This document shows positions 1-9,800 of a DNA stretch of 64,000 nt, piece by piece (position 1 is the stretch's first letter; each line of letters opens with the position of its first letter). The position numbers and the translations under genes were made by a program. Origin of the DNA: an uncultured Aminicenantes bacterium (GTDB taxonomy: Bacteria > Acidobacteriota > Aminicenantia > UBA2199); assembly GCA_965195285.1 (NCBI GenBank), contig CBDAFS010000061.1, positions 1 to 64,000 on the forward strand, in the 5' to 3' direction. Under the pieces are notes generated by a model. That model did not search any database. It was not told the DNA's origin and saw only the letters and a list, made by a program, of their open reading frames with translations.

Positions 1-1455
1 GGCCAGGGGATTTGTGGGGTGTTCGGTGATATTGATATTAATTTCAGCGTAATCCTTTTTAATGATCCAGGCCTGTTCGGTTTTCCGCACCGCGCTGAGT
101 TCGATGGTGGGCGGATACCCTGCCTGGGTAAAAGTGACCACTACATTGTGGTTGTCCCTCACATTGGTGATCACATAGGGATTGGCGGGAGTTACGCTCT
201 GGCCGTTGTCCGTAACGGCACCGATCCGGTAACCCGGATCCGGACTGATATTAATCTGTCCATCATCCCCCAGGTCGACCAGCTGGGAGGCCGGCGACAC
301 GCTTCCATTGCCGCCCGAGACCGACGCCCTCACCGGATAGCGGTATCTGGCCCGCCACACCTGACAGCCGGTACTATTATTCGAAACCCCGGCATATAGA
401 TACTGACCAAAAACTTCCATATCATGGATGCCCCAGTTAGCCGTATTCCCAAAACCGCTGGTGCTCACCTGAGCCCAGGATGTACCCCCGTTGTATTCCC
501 AGACCGATGTACCTGGATAACCAAACCAGCCTTCAATGCCGGCAAAGAGCCGGCCGGTATATACCTCCAGGCTATGGGTAGCATAGCTGGTAACCCCAAA
601 ACCGGTGGTATTCACCTGGGTCCAGTCACTTGGAGTGTTATTGTACCGATAAATTTCTGTCCCCCCGGTTGGACTTGCGGCTCCCACATACAGACTGCCA
701 TTGAATGAAGCCATCGCCCGGATGACAATATTATTATTCCCAAATACAATTCCGCTGTTTCCGACCTGGGTCCAGTAGGATAGACTCCCGCTGGATTCCC
801 ACACCTGTCCCCCGGGCATGGGCAGCCCACCGCTGTTTAATGTTCCCACGTAAAAATACCCGTTGTTTACGGCCAGCGACCTGGCCTCCTGATTGGTGTC
901 GCCGAAGCCAGAGGATAACACCCGGGTCCAGGCAGAACCGTCATACCGCCATACCTCGCAGTAATTGACTGTATTTTTGACCCCGGCATACAGGCTGTCC
1001 TGATAAACAATCATGTCCCTCACAGCCAGGTTGTTGCTGTTGCCGAATCCGTCAACATTGACCTGTGTCCACAGTGAACCGTCATACTCAAACACCCGGG
1101 AGGGAATCACCGCCGAGTAAGGTGGGCCATATCCTGTTCCTACATAAAGCTTGTTGTTATACACAGCCATACTCCAGGCGCACCGGTCATTTGGATCACC
1201 CAGTCCGTTGCTTGCCACAGGGACCCAGTTGGTTCCGTCAAAACTCCAGACATCAAAGCCATTAGAACTACCCCCTGTCCCCACATAGAGTTTGCCATCA
1301 TAAACAACCAAGCTGTGGATCATCCGACTGGCCACACCTTCACCGAATCCGCTGCCGGGATCCACCCGTTCCCATGGTCCCAGTTCCTGCGGATGCAGGA
1401 GCATGGAACCGCTAAAAATAAACACGACAACAATGATAATAATTTGAAACCTCAT
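1..1455 (-). CDS. Secreted beta-propeller repeat protein with an InlB B-repeat/Flg_new-like domain; 3' end runs off the window
   Basis: Not in the ORF track (no stop inside the window). Translated by hand: ATG at 1455 after RBS AAGGAGG; signal peptide MRFQIIIIVVVFIFSGSMLLHP; about six ~50-aa repeats (W-x-x-V-x3-GFG...N...SL-x-VY-x-G-x-LY-x-G); then SVSGGNGSVSPASQLVDLGDDGQINISPDPGYRIGAVTDNG...HNVVVTF. The frame is open to base 1. Confidence 0.85.
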   Translation of the reverse strand, partial: MRFQIIIIVVVFIFSGSMLLHPQELGPWERVDPGSGFGEGVASRMIHSLVVYDGKLYVGTGGSSNGFDVWSFDGTNWVPVASNGLGDPNDRCAWSMAVYNNKLYVGTGYGPPYSAVIPSRVFEYDGSLWTQVNVDGFGNSNNLAVRDMIVYQDSLYAGVKNTVNYCEVWRYDGSAWTRVLSSGFGDTNQEARSLAVNNGYFYVGTLNSGGLPMPGGQVWESSGSLSYWTQVGNSGIVFGNNNIVIRAMASFNGSLYVGAASPTGGTEIYRYNNTPSDWTQVNTTGFGVTSYATHSLEVYTGRLFAGIEGWFGYPGTSVWEYNGGTSWAQVSTSGFGNTANWGIHDMEVFGQYLYAGVSNNSTGCQVWRARYRYPVRASVSGGNGSVSPASQLVDLGDDGQINISPDPGYRIGAVTDNGQSVTPANPYVITNVRDNHNVVVTFTQAGYPPTIELSAVRKTEQAWIIKKDYAEININITEHPTNPLA

Positions 1456-1712
1456 AAAATCCTCCTTGATTTGTGAATAAAATATATATAAAAACAGCCG
1501 GATAATTATTTATTCAGGAGGGAAAGAAAGTGAAACTGCCGAGCGGCAGCTGGCGGAATGGGGGAATTATCCATCAACATACAGTTAATATGCAATTTTT
1601 AAAAGCAATTGTCAACGTTGCCTATAAAAAAAATATTAAAATATTATCGCCCTACAATTTGAAAAAAAAAGAGTTTTATGGTATTCATCTTTTTGTTTCC
1701 AGAGGAGGAAAA

Positions 1713-2129
1713 ATGAAAAAATTATTCACATTGTTGACTGTTTTGGTCTTTCTCTCTATGATGTTTGCCTGCGGCGGCGGCAAGTACGCCGATGCCAAGA
1801 AGGTGATGGTAAAACTCATCAGCATCACCAATGATTTTGTCTCGGACCTGGATAAGGCCGATGATGCCGATAGTACTGCGGCGGCCATTAATGCCTATGC
1901 CGATGGAATGTCCGCCCTCTCTCCTGAGATGAAAAAAGTCCAGGAAAAGTACCCGGAAATCAAAGACCAGAAAAACCCGCCTGAAGAATTAAAAGAATTG
2001 GCCGGCCAGATGGAAGAAGTCATGCCCAAGATGATGGCCGCCATGATGAAAGCCGCCAAGTATTCCCAGGATCCGGCAGTCATGGAAGCCCAGAAAAAGC
2101 TCCAGCAGGCCATGGGAGACCTGCGATAA
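1713..2129 (+). CDS. Small helical lipoprotein, hypothetical
   Basis: RBS GGAGG before ATG 1713; signal peptide with lipobox MFAC; the ORF-track start at 1530 is over-extended. Confidence 0.8.
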   Translation: MKKLFTLLTVLVFLSMMFACGGGKYADAKKVMVKLISITNDFVSDLDKADDADSTAAAINAYADGMSALSPEMKKVQEKYPEIKDQKNPPEELKELAGQMEEVMPKMMAAMMKAAKYSQDPAVMEAQKKLQQAMGDLR

Positions 2130-2181
2130 CTTAATACAAGCAAAAAAAACCCGGATTGTTTTACCCTTAAAGAGGTGGCCA

Positions 2182-3183
2182 ATGGCAACGATTTACCATG
2201 ACAAACATGTAGATAAAAAACTGTTGAAAGAGAAAAAAATTGCCATAATCGGTTTCGGCAACCAGGGCCGGGCCCAGGCCCTGAACCTGAAGGACAGCGG
2301 ACTGAATGTTGTGGTCGGGCTCCGGCCAGGCAGCAAAAACCGGAAGGAGGCCGGACAATCCGGACTCCGGGTTCTGACCGTTCCCGAGGCCGTGAACTGG
2401 GCCGACATCATCTCCTTCCAGGTACCTGATGAAATCCAGGGAAGCCTGTACCGGCGTCTTGTGCATCCCCATCTCACCCCGGGAAAGATGCTGCTGTTTT
2501 CCCATGGTTTTGCCATTCACTACGGCCAGATAAAACCTCCCGGGAACGTGGACGTGACCATGATCGCGCCCAAGGGGCCGGGGCACATGCTGAGAAATAA
2601 ATTCATGGAGGGCGAGGGGGTGGCCGCCTTTCTGGCCGTTGAGCAGGATACCACCGGAAAGGCCCGGGACATTGCCCTGGCATATGCGGCCGGCATAGGT
2701 TCGACCCGGGTCGGGGTGCTGGAAACCACCTTTCAGGAAGAAGCGGAAGCCGATTTGTTTGGAGAGCAGGCTGTGATCTGCGGCGGATTGACTTCATTGA
2801 TGAAGGCCGGTTTTGAAACCCTGGTTGAGGCCGGCTTCCAGCCCGAGGTGGCCTATTTTGAATGCATCAACGAACTGAAGCTCACCGTGGAACTGGTTTA
2901 CCTGGGCGGATTGAGTTTCATGAGAAAGTCCATCAGCAACACGGCCGAATACGGCGATTACCTGACCCAGAAAAAACTTGCCACGCCGGAAACCCGGAAG
3001 GCCATGAAGAAGATACTCCGGGACATCAAGGACGGCAGCTTTGCCCGCAGCTGGATGCGGGAAAATCAAAAAGGCATGCCCTTCATGAAGGCCATGAGAA
3101 AGAGCGAGAAACAGCATCCGGCCGTTAAAATCGAATCCTGGTTCCGGAAAAAAATGAGCTGGAAGAAGCGAGAAGTCAGATAA
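2182..3183 (+). CDS. ilvC: Ketol-acid reductoisomerase (class I)
   Basis: IAIIGFGNQGRAQALNLKDSG, FSHGFAIHY, MIAPKGPGH, DLFGEQAVICGG, ISNTAEYG motifs. Confidence 0.97.
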   Translation: MATIYHDKHVDKKLLKEKKIAIIGFGNQGRAQALNLKDSGLNVVVGLRPGSKNRKEAGQSGLRVLTVPEAVNWADIISFQVPDEIQGSLYRRLVHPHLTPGKMLLFSHGFAIHYGQIKPPGNVDVTMIAPKGPGHMLRNKFMEGEGVAAFLAVEQDTTGKARDIALAYAAGIGSTRVGVLETTFQEEAEADLFGEQAVICGGLTSLMKAGFETLVEAGFQPEVAYFECINELKLTVELVYLGGLSFMRKSISNTAEYGDYLTQKKLATPETRKAMKKILRDIKDGSFARSWMRENQKGMPFMKAMRKSEKQHPAVKIESWFRKKMSWKKREVR

Positions 3184-3195
3184 TATGAAAAAGAG

Positions 3196-3366
3196 CTCAG
3201 GTAAAGGCAGAGGTAAAGGTAGAGAAGAAAACTGTTTGCGCAAGCCCTCAAGAGCTCAGGGGAAGTAATAAGTAAAAATAATGTGGGATTTTGGATGTGG
3301 GAGTTAGGATTTGGTGAGTGAAAAGAGGTTATGAAGGAAAAAAGGATCAGGTCTTGTTCTTTGTCA
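3196..3366. repeat. Intergenic repeat mosaic (GGTAAA-type and GGGATTT-type units) ending in a RAYT-end-like site ATCAGGTCTTGTTCTTTGTCA (3346-3366)
   Basis: 3285-3327 resembles the reverse complement of 12567-12610 and 18620-18660; GGTAAAGG units match those at 12419, 17252 and 20628. Confidence 0.6.
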
Positions 3367-3402
3367 GAAAATCGGCAATTATACCAATCAAAGAGGTGAA
3401 AC

Positions 3403-3816
3403 ATGGAAGTGATAAAATTAATATTGATTTTGATGCTGCTGGTGGTTCCTGTGCTGATTCAGGTCGGTTGCACAACGGCTGCCCAGTATGATATCCGGGG
3501 CACCTGGAATGTCAATTTGAGCTATTTTGACGGCACTTCGGATGTTTTCCCCTTCACCTTTACCGGCACCATGGATTCCGGCGTGGTCACTCATACCGAA
3601 GTGCAGTATCCCGGCACCTACTCGGTTTCCGGCTCAAGTGTTGAGTTCATTATTGAGTATGTTATCCTTTATACCCGGTCAACGGAAACCTACGATGGAT
3701 CTTTTGGATCTGCCACAACCATGAGCGGTGATTTCGAATGGGATACCACTCTTTTCTCACAATACCCCGCTCCCCTGGTCTGGGCCTGGGGCACCTGGAG
3801 CGCCACCAAGCAGTAG
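3403..3816 (+). CDS. Small beta-rich lipoprotein, YDIxGTW family (copy 1)
   Basis: Lipobox QVGC; YDIRGTW...GTYSVSG...TMSG...GTWSATK, shared with three other genes in the window. Confidence 0.8.
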   Translation: MEVIKLILILMLLVVPVLIQVGCTTAAQYDIRGTWNVNLSYFDGTSDVFPFTFTGTMDSGVVTHTEVQYPGTYSVSGSSVEFIIEYVILYTRSTETYDGSFGSATTMSGDFEWDTTLFSQYPAPLVWAWGTWSATKQ

Positions 3817-3820
3817 TGGA

Positions 3821-4636
3821 TTATTTCTCTCTGTTTCTAAAAAGTGACCCGATTCCCTCCCCGATAAAATTAAAAGCCAGTATAAGTACAAATAAAACCG
3901 CGCCGGGGACCAGCGCCAGGTGAGGCCGGTCAAACAGATGAAACCTCCCGGCATCAATCAACTGACCCAGGGTTGGTATTTCAGGCCCCAACCCAATCCC
4001 CAAAAAATTTAAACTCGATTCAATCAGAATTACTTCTCCAATTCCTAAAAATGCTTGAATAACTATCAATGGGGAAATAATTGGAAACAAATGAAAAAAA
4101 ACAATTCTAAAAAAAGATGCATTATAAACTTTTGCAGAAATAATAAAATCCATTTTTTTATATTTCAAAGTTTCCCCTCTTACAATTCGTGCATAGAATA
4201 CCCAATTTGAGAATGTAAGAATACATGTGATGGAAAAAAAATTCGCTTTTACAAATATAAAAAAAGTAATTGCTATCAATATTCCTGGAAAGGAAAGAAT
4301 AATATCCACTATCCTCATGATCAATGAATCTATGAAACCACCCATCAAGCCAGCAAGAAGTCCTAGAGTGGCACCAATAAAAACTGAAGACATAACAACC
4401 GAAATCCCAATAAACAGAGAGCAAAAAACCCCATAGAGAACAGACGAAATTAAATCTCTACCTAGATCATCAGTTCCTAACGGAAATTTTGGCGAAATCG
4501 GTTCCAAGCGATAATTTAGATTTATTTGAATTGAGAACTCCAATTCAATCAATGATATGATAATTAATTGGAAAAACAAAAAAAGTATTATCAAACCTAA
4601 TTTTAACTGTGCGTGCTTATTTATGAATAATTTCAT
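3821..4636 (-). CDS. dppC: Peptide/nickel ABC transporter permease (DppC/OppC)
   Basis: FPLGTDDLGRDL, ARIVRGE, ESSLNFLGIG motifs. Confidence 0.9.
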   Translation of the reverse strand: MKLFINKHAQLKLGLIILFLFFQLIIISLIELEFSIQINLNYRLEPISPKFPLGTDDLGRDLISSVLYGVFCSLFIGISVVMSSVFIGATLGLLAGLMGGFIDSLIMRIVDIILSFPGILIAITFFIFVKANFFSITCILTFSNWVFYARIVRGETLKYKKMDFIISAKVYNASFFRIVFFHLFPIISPLIVIQAFLGIGEVILIESSLNFLGIGLGPEIPTLGQLIDAGRFHLFDRPHLALVPGAVLFVLILAFNFIGEGIGSLFRNREK

Positions 4637-5549
4637 AACGCAATTTTGGATTCAAAAAAAAATAAATCAGATCGATTATCAAGTTTAGCAAGAGATAGAT
4701 TATTGTAATAAATATTACTAAACCTTGAATCATAGGGAAATCTCTTCTATTTATTGAATTTATCAATAAACACCCAATTCCTTGCCAGGAAAAAATTACT
4801 TCAGTAATAATGGTCCCGGTTAGTAATGCACCAAATTGTAATCCAATAGTAGTTATTATTGGATTTAAGCAATTTTTTAAAACATGTATAAAAAAGATTC
4901 TACTTTTTGATATACCTTTTGATCTTGCTAATAAAATATAAGGTTTGTTTATTTCTGTAACTATTGCAATTTTTATAATTCTAGTAAGAAATGCTGTCAT
5001 TGATAATCCAAGTGTTATACTAGGAAGTATTAAATATTTAATACCATCAGAACCCGAAACAGGAAACCACCCTAATTTAATAGACAAGATATGAATTAAT
5101 AAAGGTCCTAAAAAAAAATTTGGTATTGCAAGGCCAAAAGAACTCAATAAAGTAATTAATGTGTCCCAAAGAGAATCCTGGTGGAATGCAGCTATAATTC
5201 CTAATAAAAAAGATAAAACAATCGCAACCAAAATAGAGGATATTGAAAGGTAAATAGTATTGGGAAAATAAATAAATATGTTAGTAATTACTTTTTTCCT
5301 ATTGAATATGGATTCCCCGAAATCAATATATAAAAGTGATTTCTGAAAATTTATATACCGAACAAATATAGATTCATTGAGTTCTAATGTTGTTCTCAAT
5401 CTGTGAATATCAGAAAACCTGGCACCTTCGCCTAGAATGTGAATAGCCGGATCTCCGGGAATTAAATTAATTAAAATAAATATTACCGATGAAATTACCC
5501 ATACAAGAAATATAAATATAATTAAACGTTTTAAAATAAAGGTAATCAT
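4617..5549 (-). CDS. dppB: Peptide/nickel ABC transporter permease (DppB/OppB)
   Basis: LIPGDPA, YILLARSKG, ITEVIFSWQGIG, RRDFPMIQG motifs. Confidence 0.9.
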   Translation of the reverse strand: MITFILKRLIIFIFLVWVISSVIFILINLIPGDPAIHILGEGARFSDIHRLRTTLELNESIFVRYINFQKSLLYIDFGESIFNRKKVITNIFIYFPNTIYLSISSILVAIVLSFLLGIIAAFHQDSLWDTLITLLSSFGLAIPNFFLGPLLIHILSIKLGWFPVSGSDGIKYLILPSITLGLSMTAFLTRIIKIAIVTEINKPYILLARSKGISKSRIFFIHVLKNCLNPIITTIGLQFGALLTGTIITEVIFSWQGIGCLLINSINRRDFPMIQGLVIFITIIYLLLNLIIDLIYFFLNPKLRYEIIHK

Positions 5550-5676
5550 CAGTTTTTTATTAAATCTGAAGTTTATAGAAAAAGTAGCATAAATATTTTT
5601 ATTATTAAATTTACTTATTTCTTAATGGTATAAAACTCGGACTTTTGATATAAAATCATTACAATCCACTAAAAAC

Positions 5677-6738
5677 TTATTTAATATCAGTTATTTTCAA
5701 TAGATTGGGATCAAACTTTAATTTAGTATCATCACTTGGCCCAATTCGATTTGCAAGCACCTTTACATATAAAGTATCTTTATTTTTTTCCTCTAGACTA
5801 ATATCAATAATCAGACTTGCATCATATTCAAGGCCATTCAAATTTCTTAATGAATCATCAATATAATCACTTTTTTCAACATTCTTTTTGTTATGTGAAG
5901 AACGTTGAGACCCCAAAATCAGCGGAAAACTCAATTGATTTGAAAACCTTCTCAAATTCTCAGAAATTATTAATAATTGTTCTTCTCTTATCTTATTTTG
6001 ATCATCCTTTCCAATTTCGATTTTTTGAATAAAATCAATAAATACTGCTCCAATTATAAATGGACCTTTAAACAACTTTATGGATTCAATCAAATCATTT
6101 ACATTATAATTGCTCTCAATTATATGAATTCTGCTTGAAACATCCAGAAAATTCATTAAACCTTTATAAGTGAGATCTTCGCTGGCAAATTTCAATAATT
6201 CTGTTTCAGAAGCTGTTTTTAACTTCCATTTCCATATATCAAAATTGGTTTTTAGTCCTTGTTCAATACTATTTTTATCTAATTTTTCTGAATTTGACGA
6301 ATCAAAGGGTTTCTCTCCAGCAAGGTTAATGAATTTTATCTCACACTCTTTTTTTGCTTCCTGGTAATTGTAGTATAAAAAATGTTTTCCTTTATAAATT
6401 TGAGTCATATTGTAAAGAATATTCATCATAAAAAGAGATTTCCCTTGTTTCGAAGGTCCGGTCACGATTGTGATGGCACCATTTGGAATATTTATTACTT
6501 CATCAAGTTCTTTAAAACCAGTTTTTAAACTCCCTGGTATTCTTTTTATTTCGTTAATGAGCCTTGATAAATCAAAAGGGACAGCATCCTTTAAAAAATT
6601 TCGATTTATTTTAACCAATTCCGCATCTGTTCTCCCTGGAAACATGGTTTTTAACATCTGAGTTTGATCTTCTTGAGTGAATTCTTTATCATTAATCAGT
6701 TGGGTTATATCTTGTTGATCCTCTTTTTTTTCGGACAT
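5677..6738 (-). CDS. DnaB-like (SF4/RecA-fold) ATPase lacking the DnaB N-terminal domain
   Basis: LKTGFKELD, Walker A TGPSKQGKS, Walker B VFIDFIQ, LGSQRS, LEYDASLII, KVLANRIGP. Confidence 0.75.
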   Translation of the reverse strand: MSEKKEDQQDITQLINDKEFTQEDQTQMLKTMFPGRTDAELVKINRNFLKDAVPFDLSRLINEIKRIPGSLKTGFKELDEVINIPNGAITIVTGPSKQGKSLFMMNILYNMTQIYKGKHFLYYNYQEAKKECEIKFINLAGEKPFDSSNSEKLDKNSIEQGLKTNFDIWKWKLKTASETELLKFASEDLTYKGLMNFLDVSSRIHIIESNYNVNDLIESIKLFKGPFIIGAVFIDFIQKIEIGKDDQNKIREEQLLIISENLRRFSNQLSFPLILGSQRSSHNKKNVEKSDYIDDSLRNLNGLEYDASLIIDISLEEKNKDTLYVKVLANRIGPSDDTKLKFDPNLLKITDIK

Positions 6739-6870
6739 TTCTTCTCCTTCTAAAAAAATTATGCTACCATATTAAAATTACTAACTCAAGAACAACATTT
6801 TTAAAAAATCATGATTTATTAATATATGAAGTAAACAACAATTATACATTTTTCAAGAAAACTCATTGTA

Positions 6871-9800
6871 TTAATCTTCCTTCTTAATTTTATATTTTTT
6901 TATTAAATCAAAGAGATAAACACGGCTAATTTTTAATTGTTCAGCAGTTTGTACTTTACTCCAATTTTTCTTATTTAGCGCATGCATAATAAAGGATTTC
7001 TCAAATTCTGCTTTAGCATTTTTTAAACTCATATCGAATTTTTTATTAAGAAAAGAGTTATCATCTAAATCAGGATAGAAAGTTATTAACCTTTTAATAT
7101 GAGATTCCAATTCCCTTATATTTCCTTGCCATCTAAATGATTTAAAATGTTCAATAATTCCATTAAGTTCAATTTCATCTTCAATTACAAATCCATATTT
7201 TTTAAAAAAATGTTGAATTAATAACGAAATATCCTCCATTCTTTCTCTCAATGATGGTACCATAATCGTTAAATCCTGTATCCTGAAATATAAATCTTCT
7301 CGGAATTGATTTCTATTAATTAATTCAGATAAATTTTTATTAGTAGCAGAAATCAATCTAATATCAACTTTATGAATAGTATTATCTCCAAGTCGTCTTA
7401 TTTCATTTTCCTGCAAAACTCTTAATAACTTTCCCTGTAAGTATAAAGGTATATCACCTATTTCATCTAAAAACAATGTTCCCATATTTGCAGACTCAAT
7501 TAATCCTATTCTATTTTCATTTGCACCTGTGAAAGCTCCTTTTTTATATCCAAATAATTCGGCTTCCAATAAATTATCTGGGATAGCTGAATAATTCACT
7601 GGAACAAAAGAATTATTTGATCTTTTACTCAATAAATGGACAGCTTTGGCAACCAATTCTTTTCCGCTACCACTTTCTCCAGTAATTAGCAGAGAAAAAT
7701 CTACCTTACTAACTTTTACTATTTTTTTTTTCAATATTTTTATTGGTATTGATTCTCCAATAATAAAATTGAGTTTTCTCTTGTAAGCATACTCATACTC
7801 ATAAAATCTTGAAAATAATGATCCGAATTTAAAAAATAAATCATTGAAATTTTCATATATATCAACATTGTAATAGCGTTCTGTATTAAACGCAATCAAC
7901 AAAATCGCAAAAATGTTTTCCGACATATTCCAAAAATAGACCTTAGTATTCTTATAAGGGAAAAAAAATCTCTCTGGAGATTGCATTTCTTTCTGGATTT
8001 CCTTAAGAGTCAGATTCAGTGGATCAGCACGAAGAATTGTTTGTGATATAATTTCCTGACTTAATTCCTCATATTTACTTGAATCTGAAAAGTTGAAAAT
8101 AGGTTCTTTATTTTTAAAAATCTTTAGTTTAATAAAATTGATTGCAATTTTTTTTGTTAATTCATTCAAGAAACTTGAAAAGAAATCTTCAGGAATTTTC
8201 CAATTTAGATATTTGCCAACTAATTCTACGCTTTTAAAAAAATCATTAATCGAATTTTGTTCATCAATTTTTTTTTTTATCGTTATTATCTTTTGAGTAA
8301 ATGTTCTTTTATTTCTTAGAAAAAAATAATACATTTCAATAAATATTTCTCTTTCATTTGTTTTTAAACCTTCATAATCATCAAGAATATTAAAAAAAAC
8401 CCAGTAATATTCATAATAATAATAATTCTTTTTTCTCTTGCTAAGTTCCTTTGATAATAGCTTTAATTCTTTTAAATATTTATTCAGGCAAAGCTTTTCA
8501 ATAATAATTGCAATTAAATTAAATCTTGAATTTTTTGATTCTAGTGCTTTTACATCATTAATTAATAAACTTGATTTTCCCACAAAATATTTTGAGCTTA
8601 CTTTCTCAAATATTGAAAATATTATTCTTTGATCATGATTTAATTGTTTCCAATATTTCTTTATAACTGAAAAATTAAAGGGGTGTAAATTTTGAATAAA
8701 ATTTATAATTAATTTTAAAAATACACATTCAATAATTCCATTTAAATGGTTATTACTTAAGAAAATTTTCAATGATCTTTCAACAAACTCTAATGAAGTG
8801 GGATAATTTCTCCTAAGATATTCAAGGTGTCCAACGTTATATAAATCTATCGCCAGAGAGGTTATGAGCTTCTTATCTCTATCATATTTTAAGATTGACT
8901 TAAGATAAATTTCTGCCTCTGTCCAATTTCCTTTAATTTTATTTATTTCTACCAAATTGGATTCAACTAAAATTTCTCCATTTGAATTTTTATGCGCTCT
9001 AAATACCTTCAACGCTTTAAAGTACCAAAATTCAGCTCTAGAAAAATCATCCAACCTTAGATAAAAATTTCCAATATCAACCCCAATAAATGCAGAAAGC
9101 AAATCATAATTTCTAATTTCACACTTTATATAAATATTTTTGTAAATTTTTTCAGCTGAATTATAGTCACCTTCTTCCCTAAGTAATTTTGCCAAATGAG
9201 TGTAAGCTTCTAACTCATCACTATAGCAATTCTCCTGCTTTAGATAATCTATGGTCTCATTCAATAAATTTTTTGCTTTTTCAAACTCTCCATTATAAAT
9301 TAGGCGATCACTTAACTGTAAGTTTGAAAGGCAAATGTAATATTCATTTTTTATTCTTCTTAAATATAAATCTGCGGAGTTAAAATCTGAAGTTTTTTCA
9401 AAAAATACAAATTTTAAATAACAATATTCATCTCTTAAACATATTGAAATTTTCTTTTCCAATTTAATTAAAATACTTTCCATTTTAATATATTCTTTTT
9501 CTAATTTATAAATAAAAGCTAATTTCAAATAAAAAAATAAATGATCTCTCGTTTTAAACTTCTGAATTATAAGTTTTGCTGCCTTCAAATCCCTCTCATT
9601 TATCATCATAATTGTCAATAATTTCAATAATTCAATGTCATCTGATAGGGAATTGATATTATTTAATAAAATACTTTTTATTTCTTCAAAATATTTATAT
9701 TCATCATTATTATCAAAAAATAATTTATCTGATAAGATCACTTTAATCTCATGATAATTTTTGATTTTTATCAAGTACTTAATTTTTACATATGAAGAAT

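Noticed and set aside
19-1265. Plus-strand ORFs 19-399, 424-708 and 1065-1265
   Set aside because: Shadows of the real minus-strand gene at 1-1455
5582-5610. dif-like sequence AAGTAGCATAA-ATATTT-TTATTATTAAAT
   Set aside because: The XerD arm is off by one base and mismatched; such a match is likely by chance in very AT-rich DNA
5677-6738. Prophage or plasmid replication module
   Set aside because: No primase, integrase, structural or partition genes nearby
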